From Epiperipatus broadwayi (lineage: Eukaryota; Animalia; Onychophora): DNA of 64,000 nt. The position numbers and the translations under genes were made by a program. The notes beneath the pieces were generated by a model. The model was not told the DNA's origin. It did not search any database and saw only the letters and a program-made list of their open reading frames with translations. This document shows positions 12,188-25,649 of this stretch, piece by piece (positions within the stretch are counted from its first letter, which is position 1; each line of letters starts with the position of its first letter). The DNA lies in NCBI GenBank assembly GCA_028023455.1, contig JAQFVV010000003.1:15810001-15874000 (forward strand). Reading direction: 5' to 3'.

Positions 12188-13555
12188 CTACAATTCTTTT
12201 TTCAGTAATTGTAGAGATCGAGCATTGAATGTTCCTTTTTTTTCTGACCCCTGAGTGACTTCAAATGGATTATTTCCATATTCTTTTATGATTTTATATG
12301 GCCCATCATATATTGGCTGAAATTTTTTATATATTCTTTTCTCCGGATGGCTTACTGGATTTACCCTCACCATTACTTCATCCCCTAACTTAAACATATA
12401 TTTGACCTTCCCTTGCCTCTTTTGTCTTATACTACCCATCCTTCTAAGCTTATGGCATGCCTTGTCTACATCTCTTTTTTTATCAATATATGGTGATCTA
12501 ACTGGTAAGATAGTTTTGAATGGATTTGGGACATTCTTTCCTTGATGGAGTCTAATAGGCTCATATCCTGTTTATTCATTCTTTGACCAATTTATCATGT
12601 CAGTACTCTTGTTGCCTCCTTCACCCATTTACGATGATTATTCTGTAGGTACACACAAAATAAACATCCCAATTCCCTCATAATTCATTTGCATGGATTA
12701 GATTGTGGATTGCAAATTGAAGTGAGGATATGCCTTATCTTGGGACGCTCCATCCCTTTTCTCAATTCAGACATAAAAGGTGTTCCATGATCCGACATTA
12801 TTTGCTTTGAGATTCCCACATCTCGAAAATGTTGATGTTCAAGAACCCTTATGGTCTGTTTAGCATTAGCTTGTGCCATTGGGTAAATAGCCACAAACTT
12901 GGAAAAAATGTCATAAGTCACAACCAAATATTTCTTTCGATTAAATTGAGATAATAGTCCATAAAAATCTATTGCCAATAAACTGTAGGCTGATATGCAT
13001 ACATAGGTCTCAAAGGCCCCACATTTGACATATTAGGTGGTTTGGTTTTTGCACACACTATACACCCCGCTATGATGTTTAAGACACTCCTATACATTCT
13101 TGGCCAATAAAACCAGTTGCTTATCCTTCCTTCAGTTTTGCTTGCACCATAATGTCCGTATTTTTCTTGTATGTATTTGATCATCTGTTTCCGCATGACC
13201 ATTGGCAAAACAATTCGCATCTGTTCCTATCCTTCATTTTGTGTTGCAAAAGTCCATCTTTTAAACAATATTGTTTCCTTTCTTTCCATAGTGTATTGTT
13301 TATAGATCTACCTATAGGTTGGTGATGCAAATAGTATGTTATTTGTTTACATTCTGCATCCTTTTCTTGCAACTCTCCTAACCTTTTCAAACCACATTCT
13401 ATCTCCTTGCCTTGATGTATTTCCACCATTGCTATGTATGCATTGTCACAATTTAAATGTTGTACCTGAGGTTCTATTGGGTATTGACTTAAAGCATCTG
13501 CCACCATTAAGTCTTTACCTGGACAATACTGTATACTATAATCGAATTTTTGCAA
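12188..13555 (-). pseudogene. Integrase (HHCC zinc-binding region, catalytic core, GPY/F motif), frameshifted
   Basis: GHYG..FYWPRM..CIVC, AIDFYG..DIFSK..SDHGTPF..NPQSNP and YDGPYKII are split over four ORF fragments. Confidence 0.9.
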
Positions 13556-13562
13556 GAAGGGA

Positions 13563-13980
13563 TCAGATCAACCTACTATTTGTAAGAAAACTATGATTAA
13601 GAAACACAAGGCTCCTGTGGTCAGTAATCACAATCACCTGTGACCCTAATAAGTATTGCTTAAACTTTTTAAAGGCCCGCATGATCGCTAAAGCCTCTCT
13701 CTCAGTTACAGTGTAATTTTTTTCTGGCCCATTTAATAAACAAACTACAAAGAAAAGCAACCCATTCACACCCATCATCTTGCACCTGAGATAGAATTTT
13801 CTCTGGCCCATTTAATAAACAAATTACAAAGAAAAGCAACCCATACACACCCATCATCTCACACCTGAAATAACATAGCCCCAAATCTGATTCCACTGCT
13901 GTCCATTTGTACTATAAATGGTTTACCAAAATCTGGGTATGTCAACATGATTTCCTTTAAAAAACTTTTTTTACACTTTC
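13563..13980 (-). pseudogene. RNase H remnant
   Basis: EKNYTVTEREALAI..FKQYLLG..VITDHRSL; PDFGKPFIVQMDSS-like reading near 13895-13945. Confidence 0.85.
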
Positions 13981-14076
13981 AAAACTGCACTCTTGTTGCT
14001 CTCCCCATGCCTATTTTTTATCTTTTCTTAATTGTTGTAACAGAGGCTCCATATCTGAGGAAAAAAATTTATAAAA

Positions 14077-15034
14077 TCAATTGAAAAAATTACATAACCC
14101 GAAAAAAGTCTTAATGTCTTTCTTCTTTGTTGGCCTGGAAAAATTTTGTATAACTTGGATTTGTTCTGGATTTGGAGATATTCCTTGTTCACTAATTATG
14201 TGTCCCAAAAATTTTACTTCTGTAGTCATTAAATGGCTTTTGCCCAAATTTAATTTAATTCCTTTATTTTTACATTCATCGAATAGCAATTTCAAATGTT
14301 TGAAGTGTTCTTCCACACTTTCTGAGGCTAAAATAATATCATCCACATACATAGTAGTTTTTGATTTTATCAGATAACACTTGATCAAGGCATTGCATTA
14401 ATCCTGCCCCACTGTTTTTTAAACTGAAGGGAATTCGGTTGAAATTCTATGCCCATTCCATTATAACAGAAAGTGGTGTATTTGCGGTCCTCAGGATGCA
14501 GCTTGATCTGCCAGTAACTGGCCATTAGGTCAAAAGTTGAAAATGTTTTTTATGAAACATCATTAATAATTCATTTATAGGTGGTGGTGCATTGGTATCT
14601 AACACTGTTATTTTATTCAATTGCCAAGCATCTAGGCACAATTGAATAGACCCATTTTTTTTCTTTACTATAACTAGCAGGTTGTTATATGAAGATGAGC
14701 ATTTAGAAATAATTCCCCACTTTAACATATTCTCTAATTGTTTTTCCACTGCATTTCTATATTTATGTGGTATAGGATACGCTTGTGCTTGATATGGTCG
14801 GTTTTCCATAAGCTTTATCCTATGCTCGTACCCCTCAATGACTCCAAGAACTTCTGAAAATATACTTTCATACACATCCAACAACTCTTTCAACTGTTTT
14901 CCATCCTTATTTCCTCGCTCATCGGCCATCACATTTTCCTCTATTTCTATTCCTGCAATTTCTACATCACACTCTGCATTAACATTATTTATCTCGCACA
15001 CATCAAATGGGATTTCCACCTGACTAATTCTCAC
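14077..15034 (-). pseudogene. Reverse transcriptase remnant
   Basis: YPIPHKYR..VKKKNGSIQLCLD..LNKIT..PPPINELL, then YVDDIILAS..VKFLGHIIS..F.GLCNF. Confidence 0.92.
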
Positions 15035-15037
15035 CTG

Positions 15038-15352
15038 TCATTTCTCATAATCTAACATGCATCCAACTTCACACATAAAATCCAAACCCAGGATAACATC
15101 ATGTATCAGTCCCTCTAAAATCAACATAACATGGTTATATACCTTTCCTGCTATATTCATACTTTTCCAAGCCTGTTCTGATGCCAACTTGGTTTTTTTT
15201 CCATTCGCCAACATTACGTATACATTCTTTAGTGGCAAGGTTTTGATTTTTACATTGCTGCAACATATTTCATCAAAAATTTTCTGTGAAATCACTGATA
15301 CCTGACTTCCTGATTCAAACAGCATGTTTATAGTTCTTCCTTCGATTTTCAT
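15038..15352 (-). pseudogene. Aspartic protease remnant
   Basis: LFESGSQVSVI (decayed DSG motif) and DVILGLDF. Confidence 0.85.
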
Positions 15353-15370
15353 TTCTATTTTTGAGCATGA

Positions 15371-15900
15371 ATGAGGATATCATTCTCAGCTCCTCCTCTC
15401 CTCATTTTGTGTCAAGTTTGCTACTTGCCCACAAGTATTCTCAGCATTTTCTTCTTTAATCCAACTTTTCTCATATTGTCTACTGCTATCCAGTATCATA
15501 AGTATCTCTGCAGTCTGTTCTGTAGTGTCCTTTACCATTATTATCTTTCAAATATCCTGTGGAAAACCTCGCCTTACTATATGTAAAATATGCTGTTCAG
15601 ACAACTTGTATGCTATAGACATTCTCAATTTAGCTACTTGTCTGTGAAAAATGCTCAATAATTCCCCTATTCTCCATTTATCCTGTTTTGCCTGACACTT
15701 AATCATCTCCTGAAATTCCCCCAATAGTTTCACAGAAATTCTTGTTTTTACTTCTCAAAGCTTGTCGGTTTTACTCCCATTGAGTTCCACCAAACTTTAG
15801 CCTCATCCTGTATATAATTAATGGCTATATTATCCTTAATTCATTAAACTCATTGCCGGAGAAAAAACACTCTAAACTCTCTAAATGTCTATTCAGTATT
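15371..15900 (-). pseudogene. gag remnant
   Basis: Lies upstream of the protease and includes ORF 15548-15733. No diagnostic motif was recognised, so the call is mainly positional. Confidence 0.55.
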
Positions 15901-16408
15901 TCCCCTCTATTTCTTGAGAAAGTCTATATTTTCATAACCCGGCTCACTGTTTCCATTTTACCAATAATTCATCTAATTTCATTTAAAGAGTAAAATTCTT
16001 TTTTCTTTATTTCAAAACATATGTACAATCAATCTTAGCCCTCTTAGAAGTTCTATTTTTACACCTCCTTCTCATCTATCCTCATTCGTCTGGAGTGTCC
16101 CTTTTTCTTTTTCTAAGGGTTATGCCTCCACATTATATAATGTCATATAAAAATCACTGTTTACTAGTTGTACTAATCTAACCATTTCTCTCAAAAAAAA
16201 CAGCACTATCATGCCCATTAACTACTTTCTCACTAACTGTCACCTATATTATTAATGGCTAACTTTGATCATCCCACCTCATAAATGTCCAACAACAACT
16301 TATGTTGGTCTTACCATTTGAAATGACCAGTTTTAGGCCACATTAATGTACCAAATTAACATCCAACCACAACTTATGTTGGTCCTACCACTTGAAACAT
16401 TTAGTTTC

Positions 16409-16426
16409 ACCCCACATTGGGCGCCA
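16409..16426 (-). promoter_or_regulatory. Primer-binding site complementary to tRNA-Lys(CUU)
   Basis: Minus strand TGGCGCCCAATGTGGGGT begins 3 nt after the LTR end GGTTCA; the canonical Lys1,2 PBS is TGGCGCCCAACGTGGGGC. Confidence 0.9.
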
Positions 16427-16429
16427 AAA

Positions 16430-18192
16430 TGAACCTCCCATCTTTAACTATAATAACTAACAACAATGAATAGAAAAAAATAATACACTTGACCTTCCTT
16501 ATTATCAAATCTTTAAAGGTTCTTGGTCCTCAGGTAAAGTGCAAAATATCATTGGCAACAAACTACCAATAACATAAATACCCAACTACTGGACAAATAC
16601 CAACCAAATAAACACTTTATTTTTAAGGTACACCCTTTAGACACCAGTTAATTACATTTCTAATCAACATGTTTATTTAATTAGCACTAAATTCAGTACC
16701 TGAAACCTCCAACTAGCTCATAGGATTGTAACTACCTTTTAAGAAAAATAAAACTCCATCCTCTCAAATAATCCTATCTCAATAATAATGATAACTTACT
16801 GAACGAGAAAACATTAACAACTTTAACAAAAAATCCTTACTTTTAAAAAAAAATATAGTTTCTTTATTCTTTTAATTTTAACTTAATTATTTCTTGTTAA
16901 TAATTAAATCTTTCCATTCCCATCTTATTAAAATATTGTTCAACATAAATGTGTGTATTCAAAATATAAATGTAAATATTTAAACAACATTTAAGTATTT
17001 CCTTTTCTTAATAAAAAAAACAATTGTTTTGCTTTATAAGTTAAACACACATCCTCTTTTCATTTTAAATAAATATTTTAATATATTATATTATTCTTTT
17101 CATTTTAAATAAATAATTAAATACATTATATTACTCTTTTCATTTTAACAGAAATATTTTAATAAATTATATTAAATAAAATATACTTGACATATTAGAT
17201 TAAGATACACCCATACATACACACAATGTCTTTAAATATAATTAAATACAGAAGCCGATATCATTTATACTTCCTAAATATTATTTTGTAAAGTTTAAAG
17301 TTTTATTTATCACAATTATTTTTTTATTTTGAAAGGAAATCAAGAATGAGAGAAGACCAAAATCAAAAGTTACCTAGGATTTGGAAAGTTCAAAATGACA
17401 TACACAGCACAATGTAGTTTCTCTAAAAATTATTTATTACTGGTTAGCGCTAACTTCAAGCAAACCTTCCTTGACTCCATGATATTGTACAACCTTCGTG
17501 GATTTTTCAGCATCGACACTCCGATATTTCATTGCTTTGCTTGGCCATGATTTACCCACTGGACTACCTGCTGATGTTTCCACAATGAGGTTTCAGCCGA
17601 TTGTACAATATGGTAATTTAACACTGCATCATTTCAGTAGACATAACAATTTATATAATTGTTATATCTATAACTTCAAGAAATACTTTTAAATGTTTTT
17701 AAAATATTCGAAAGTAAATGGAATGCTGAAAGTTTTTAAAACATCTTAACAATGGAAAATTTTTGTTATCTCCAGCATCTATTGTCTCGTGGAATTACTG
17801 ACCTTTACTTTGCTTTGATTGGGCTTCTATTTTTTCTTCAAAACTTTTACATGTACACACACATATTTAATTGTTTTATTATAAAACAAAACAAAATTTT
17901 CTTTATTATTATTTTTTTCTTTTATTACAAACTAATCAAAATAATATTAAATCATTTTATTTATAAGATTGATTTTTTTTCTTCTTTAAAATAAAAAAAA
18001 AATCCCATCCTCTTTTAAAGTGTTTATTATTTATTTTCTTTAATACCCCCCCCCTACCCTACTCTTTAGTTTTTTAAATTTTTCTTTCAACTTTTAACTT
18101 TATTTCCACTTTATTTTTTTAAAAGATGAAATTTATGAGATATTACTTTTTTAAAATAACACTACCATTCAATAACAATATACTTTGGTACA
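16430..18192 (-). repeat. 5' LTR of element 2 (1763 bp)
   Basis: TGAACC...GGTACA; carries one extra ~40-bp internal tandem unit relative to the 3' LTR. Confidence 0.93.
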
Positions 18193-19086
18193 ATATATAT
18201 CACAAATACATCCATCATATAATGCATATAAAGTATCTGTGTCACAGTGATTAGCACATCTATCAGCAATATCTAATCTGGAGTTGCAGTTCTGTCCAAA
18301 TATAGTATGAACTGTTTTGCTAGGCTTCAAACAATCTGAGAAGTTGTCTGGTCCATTGAAAACTCAGGTAACATTCAAATTATTGATCAATAAATAAAGT
18401 GTATAATAAAGTAAATTAATATCCCAGGTACAAAATCTTTCACTTGGTATTTGGAAAGCCTAACAATGATTCATATTTTTTTCAGTGCTATTTTTGAAAA
18501 GTGTGCTATTGGAAAAATTTTGCCTGAAGAGATATATAAAAAACCGTTTTTTATTTTTTTTATTATATTCAAAACAAATTTATTTTAACTATATACATTA
18601 AATTTATAAATAATAAATAAAATAAAATTGCTTCAAATTAAAAATGGTATATTTAGTAAACACATTGACATATTTTGTTGATAATTACTTTTTTTAAATT
18701 ACTATATAAAATACAAATCTTAATTGATGTGTGTGGCAGCACATCTACATTTCACTTAGGTTATAGCAGACTTCTATTAAATATATAATTCCTGTTCACA
18801 TTCAAACCTTAATTTTTGGAAGGTATTTTAAATCTTTATAATACTGCCTTTACCATTAGTTATGAAACAAACAAAATAAAAGTGTTTGTTTTGGAAAATT
18901 GCTTTACATTTTAAGAGCCCTATAAATTTTAGTAATAATAATACAACCCTTTATTTGTTCTCATATCATGCATCCAAAAAGCTCTGTCAAAACATGATTT
19001 ATTTTGTTATTGATAGGAATTAAATTTGAGTTCAAGTTATTGAAAAAGAATAATAATCAATAATATGGAAAAAAAATTCTCATCTG

Positions 19087-19260
19087 ATCCACGTATTTTA
19101 CATATTGTTTCAAAGGATCATCCATGAGTGTTGTAGAGAAATGTTGTAGTTAGGAAAATATACTGATATTTGTTACAAGCATAAGTCAATGATTTATCCC
19201 ATAATGCATTTTCTATCATGTTTATGGATAATGGATGTCCAATTGTCATGATCTTTGATA
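19087..19260 (-). pseudogene. Possible heavily decayed PLE reverse transcriptase fragment
   Basis: Minus-strand readings MTIGHPLS (cf. AMGSPLS) and YVKYVD (cf. RYVDD) occur in the right order, but the spacing is longer than usual. Confidence 0.3.
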
Positions 19261-20289
19261 GATTATTATATGTCATTTAAGTCATATTGATTTGTTCATC
19301 TGATTTCTTATAATTGTATAGGCCAATCCTGAGGTTTAACACAGGATGATGTTTTTCCCAATTTTATCAAGTCAGACAGCTGCCAGTTTTGAAAGCTGAT
19401 GCCAAATTGATGGTCACTATATATTCTACCAAATTATCTAATGAATTGACAAAGCAACTTCATTAGTCCAAGATCATTATTGTTCTTGGTGTTATACTTT
19501 TGTTATGATAAAAGTTTTGATCTACACAAATAATTATTTAAATATTTATTACTGTCTATTTTATTGTATACATTCTACAGTTACAAGGTGCATAATGTGC
19601 CAAAACTCTTTGAAAATAGAATTAACTATTTTATTTTTCAGATGGCATTTAATCATATTGAAAATTAATAATTTAATTGTACATTTATTGATGATTAATT
19701 TATTAATTATTAAAAAAATGTTGGTCATTGAAGTATAAACTGGAATACCAAGGAATTAATTTTAAATTGTTATAAATATTGGTGGAATATTTCTTTCTGT
19801 TAACCCTTAAACTGCTAATTATATTATTGGTTGTATGAGGTAAAAATCAAATTTTTTAATTGGCCAACTCACAAACTGAAGACAAAGCCTATTGTTAAAA
19901 CATATTCGCCTATAATATTAAATTCAACTCAGATACGTTTATAAAAAGTATATTACTAATTTTTCAGGTTATGAAGAGAACGAAAGTTCTTTCAAAAATA
20001 AATTGCTATTTATTTATTCTAAAATATTCAATTTCGGCAACATAAAAGCTATAATATAAACAAAAAGGTCGACTTTTAAGTTATAAAAAAGTAAATATTT
20101 CTTTTTACTAAATCTTAAATATTTTTACTAAAATCTTCAATATTTTTCGAAAATAATTTTGTTTTTTTAGTATTCTCTCTGAAAATAATTTGTAATTTCT
20201 CAAAATATTCTTTTATAATAATTTAAATAATATTCAAAATGAAAATCTCAGCGTTTTTCTTTATTTTCTTTGATCAGGCGGTTTCTTTG

Positions 20290-20546
20290 TTCTTTCCAGC
20301 CAATCAGAATGTCTTTTTCGGCTGAGAGCATGCTAAGAACCAATCACAAGTAATGTTCTTTCTTTGTTTAGGTTTAAATGTGTTTTTTTTTATTTTTTAC
20401 TTGTAAAATAATTCGGAAGAGGGCACCATCTTACAGAACTTTTAAAAACCTATTCAATACCTGTCTAATGAATATTTTAGCATAAGAACTGGCAGAGTTA
20501 GAGTGACGTCAGATGTCGACGAGGAGCTTCGTAAGAGGCGGGAAAA
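20290..20546. promoter_or_regulatory. Candidate Pol II promoter motif cluster
   Basis: CCAAT boxes at 20300 (AGCCAATCAG) and 20340 (AACCAATCAC), a perfect CRE TGACGTCA at 20504-20511 and an E2F-like GGCGGGAAA at 20537-20545. The region is locally CpG-rich. Confidence 0.5.
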
Positions 20547-23500
20547 GGGTTAATATTCTTCTGATATTATTGATTCTGTTATTCTTAATTTTTTTAAAAA
20601 GGTCTATCAATAATGAAAATGCTGAAAACTCATTTGGTAATTCTAACAATTACATCGATATATTTTTTTTCCTAATTTTGGGACAAATATTCTTCTGAAT
20701 AAGTCACTAATTTTTTTAAAGAGTGGATTATTGTAAATAGCAAATAATGCAGGGAAAATAGAAAATCCTCTGAAACATTTGTGAGAATCTTAGGCTGTTT
20801 TGGTTGCTGTTGGTCTATTTTTTATATAAATTTCCTACACCACTTACATAGATTGAGTTTTTGGAATAATATTAGAGATTTGTTTAACTAGATAAGGTAA
20901 TTTAGTATGGTAGAAACCATTTTTGAAATCACTTTTTAACTGTTATCACAGCTGACAGACCATTTTGTTTTACTGTTTTACAAGACTGCATCAAAAATGT
21001 ATCTTTCAGAAACAGAGAAATGAATACACAGTAGTTTATCTATTCGAAAAAATTAAAGTTTACCTAACATGTACATCTTAAGTTGTTAGAGATTTTAATT
21101 GAATCATAAATATACTGATTATGTCGGTTTTTACATTTTTATAGAAAAAAGGAAAAAAAAAACAACAAGCGGCATCTAAATAAAAATTGCTATTATGAGT
21201 TCAATAAGTTTCTACTTCTATCAGTTAACAAAAAAAAAAAAAAAAACAGTTTTCAACAGGTGACAGATATTATTGTATTATATACTTTACTTATATAACA
21301 TTATTTCATTTTCATTCCGTTTTATATAATTTTTTTAAAAAGTTAAAAATAAACTAATATATTGTTGAGAAAATATTATGTTGGCATTTATATCGCTAAT
21401 AGAAAATTTTCTTGTTTGGTCTCAACATGAATATTTAAAATAAATCACAAACGACTCTTAATCATATGTAGGTAGTTTAAGCAAACAATTTGACAGAAAC
21501 GTCAGAGTTTGCGTTACATAAAAAGTTGATTAATGTACTTTAAACATTTGTTGCTACCAGTCTGAATTAGAATATATATATATAGCAAAAATACAATAGA
21601 ACGTTGTTTATTTAATAATAAATAATAATTAAGAGATGTGATGTTAGAAAGGAAATTTTAATAAGATGATATATAAATAAACTTACACTCTCTCATTTTC
21701 AAAACATTTTACAAATTAGCTTTCTGAAATGAAAATTCACAAATATAAAACCTTTCAAGCTTAGTAAATAATAATTTTTATTTATCACATTTCTAACTAA
21801 CTAAAAAAGCTAACGCACACATCCAAAGACATATATACACCCGAGCTAGGCATAAATATTTTTTTAATGCGACTTGAACTTCAATTTAATGATTTGTTAA
21901 ACTGGCACCTAATTTTAGTAATCTTTAGAACACATGTGGTTACTATCAAAATATTGGCAGCTCGTGTGCTACAATATGGAACAAAAATTATTAGGGTTCT
22001 GCAAGCCAGTTTAGTTTGTTTATGACTCTGATTTTTTATCTCTGGCTCTAATATCCCCCATTTTAAACGTAATTATACATTTTAAGAGAAAAACATATTT
22101 TAAAAACTAGTACAGTAAATGCATCTTAAGATAAGTCATTAAAAATTAAAATAATCAAATGATTCATTGCTTAGAATTTCTCAAGAGGTACAAGGTCTAG
22201 AGGCAACAGATTAGAAGCATGATTCATGAACTTTAAGTTTCACAGTAACCAAATGACTCGTTAAACTTTGATAACTTTCTAAAATTACCGATACACTTTT
22301 TCTGTGTGTAATAATGTAACTAAAAGCATTATTTAAAAAAAAATCATTGGAGATATTAGTATCATACAAACTCATACAAATATCAACATAAATGTGATTT
22401 TAATTAAAGCAAGCTGACAATGCTTGATTAATTGTACATAATACAAAATACCTAAAAGCATCACTGATTGTTAAATTATTTGGCCCAGGCATTTTAGTGC
22501 ATGTTTTATTATTTTAGTATTTCTGAAAAAAAATGTAATTTTCAATAGTTTATTTATATATTTAAAATTATTTGTGCAATATATTCATAAAGTATTTATC
22601 TTAAACATAAAAAAGCTCATGGTCATACTTTTCTATTTGAAAATATTTATTTTTAAAAAGACAAGTTGTAAAAACACAGTTATAATAAAGTAGATGATGT
22701 TTTACTAGCTAACAAGAATTGATTTTATAAATGCTGGTGAATATTTTATTTTTATTTTTTTAATAATAATAAGTTTAATTTTAAATTTTAAACATTTTTA
22801 TTTTTTTATGATGTCTAAACTAAAATTCATTTCTATTTTAAAAATGGAATTCAAATAAGAAATATTTCTTTCACTAATTTTTATGAATAGACATTATTAT
22901 GATCTAATGCAAAAAGAGCAATTGTGACAAAAATTGTAAACTAGGGTTTTTCAAGGAGAGATTATATTTTAAATGAGTTAAGAAAATAGCAAGCAACATA
23001 AAACAACCATGAGGAAGATCAAGTATTATTGCTTTGTCAAAAGCTCTGTTAATCATTTAATGATAATTTTATGATGAGATATTTATTATGTTTATTTTTT
23101 TAGGATTACTTTTATTATTTATCACTACAAGTAATTACTTTTATTACCATAACATGCATATAATATTACAATAAATTTATTTCCATATGAGTTTAACACC
23201 TCTAGTTTAGAAATGAGGTTCTATAGAAAACATATTTTTCCAAGATAGTATTCTTTCCTGTAAATTTTTACTAAAGCAAAGATAAATGTAATCAATTGAC
23301 CAAATTGTTTAGGGTTTTAGGTGTTTTATTTATATTAAAATATAATCTTATCTTTTAACTATTTATTTTAATTAATGTTTTCAACATCTTGTGTTTATAT
23401 AATTTATCATTTCTATATAGAAAATTTCTAAATCCTGTTAATTAATTAAAGAAACAAAGAAAATGTATGCTTGAAAAAGATTAGGGTGCAAATATGAACT

Positions 23501-25649
23501 TTTTGTAGAGATCTGGTAGTGAGAAACCTGTAAATCTTAAATGTAATTAAATACTTATGTATGTTTTAATAAAAAATAAATAAAGTGATTGATTTATTTG
23601 TGTAAAAGTAAACTATTCTCTTACTCCAATTGTGTCATTTAGTGTAACCTTGAGTAATTGTTTGATACTAAATGATAGTGCTTATATTATCAGTCTAGTT
23701 TTGTCTTATCTGCATTCCCAGAAAGCCTATTAAATATCATATTACCAACTTTTTTTATACTTGCATAAGCTGTTAAAACAATAGCAAATTTCTCCCTACA
23801 GTATTGCCACCTAGAGCAAGTTATAGTCTTCAGTAGATACTAAACAGATGTGCATTTTGAATCTTATTCAATGTTTTTTCACCGAATATTTTCAGATTAC
23901 TTTCTAGATTATAGATTGGAAAGCACTAGAAAATGATTAAAATGTACAACCTTCTAGAATTCTAGGTGTCACAACTGTATAGAATAATTTTCTACTATAA
24001 TCCCCAATTATTATTTGGTAATGACATTGATCAGTGAAAAGTATAGGTATGAAATCAGTGAACTTGGATCTTCTAATCTACAACTTTTAGGTGCCCCAGA
24101 TCAAGTCATCATATCTCTCTGATAAAGGCTATCAATGAAAAACTTGTTTGTTGGAATGTGGGTAGGATAGCAGTTGGTAGTGATTTAATAAACATTTTAA
24201 AATTAATAGATATTTATTACCCAGGGTTACAGTAAAGGGCAGAACTGAATAGGAAATTATATTTACTTCTGAAAAGCATTGTGCCAGCTAGGTTTAAACA
24301 ATGGTTAATAGTTAGATATGGATCATACAGTATTGCTTTTATGGATAGTAGTTGTCATAAAAAATTAACAAAGTATATTAAAAGTAACAATGTTTTCACT
24401 AACCAGTCAACTTGGTATATGACCTTCAACATCTTAATATTATAAAAACTACTTATAAATTGATTTTATCATACTATGAAAACTAATGTTCTCATAATTT
24501 AGTATATATTAGATCAGTATGACTTGATTTTTTCCTCCAAATTTGAAACAGAACACATTTATTTAAAAAGTTGTTTTACTTTGCAAATCTCATGCAGATT
24601 AAATAACAATAGAAAATTCTCCATATAGTATCACTACTCAATGCAAGCCAGAGTAATGAATACAAGATGCCTTGCACATAAAATCACTATCTAGTATTTA
24701 TTCACCCAATATCCATAGACTACTAAGGCTATTTTTCATTCTAACTATGCATACACTTTATTATTAACACTCACTCATTAGGGGAACTAATAGCAAATGC
24801 TTAAACCAACTCACCTGGGTGGTTAGCATAATAATTTCATTTTACATCATTTTATCACAATGTAGGGACTAGTTTCTATCTATTTTAAATACTTTACCAA
24901 TAATTATTGTATTAGAGGGATATTTTTAGATTTTTTGTTTGTTTTTATTAATCTATCTTTTATTAACTCTATCATACTATGACTATTTGCCTGTACAGAA
25001 ATTCAGACTACCCTCTGTTAATATGTATGCATTTTGTGAACAACTTTACTTATCAGGTTAGCTAGAGATATTAAATACCTAAATTTTCACATTGGTATGT
25101 GTAGTTGTAATTATATATTTGATTGTGTTTTTAGAAAAATCCAAATTTTATTTAAACTTTTCCAATACATTTAAATGTCAGTAATATATACAGAATAATA
25201 TATAATAAAATGTTTGGAAAAGTGTTATTCTCCTCTCTTCTTTAATCATTGCTGTTTTGACCAGCATAAGTACTAAGAAGAAATTAATGGATACTGAATT
25301 TAATGCAACAAAGCATTGCCTTAAATTCAGTAATCACAAATGAGAAGGTCTTAGCTTTCATATCTTTGTATTATCATTGCTCAGAAGAGGAGAGAATAAT
25401 ATGATTTAAAACATCATGTTATATTATTAATCCATATGTTATTACTAATAGTTGAATGCATTTGAAAACTTTGAATAATGTTTGAATATTTCTAAAAACA
25501 TTTAATTATTAATATTAGATGGTAAAAATACTCTAATATATATTATTCACAATTACAATACCATCATCACAAATATTCAAACCCATACATTTCATCTTCT
25601 TTGTTTGTTTGTAATGTGATTTTGCATACATATTTATTTTTGTTCTTCT

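Larger units (their letters stand above)
10329..18192 (-). mobile_element. Full-length but frameshifted Ty3/Gypsy LTR retrotransposon (element 2)
   Basis: Two TG..CA LTRs, a Lys PBS, a PPT, an ATAT TSD at 10325-10328 and 18193-18196, and Gypsy domain order gag-PR-RT-RH-IN. Confidence 0.95.

Noticed and set aside
11354-17994. Paired ORFs 11354/17498 and 11608/17752 as a conserved small-gene pair
   Set aside because: They are duplicated simply because they lie in the two LTRs. They are antisense to the element and have no motifs.
23640-24300. Possible non-LTR endonuclease remnant on the minus strand (IIIGDY)
   Set aside because: A single weak motif with many stops.
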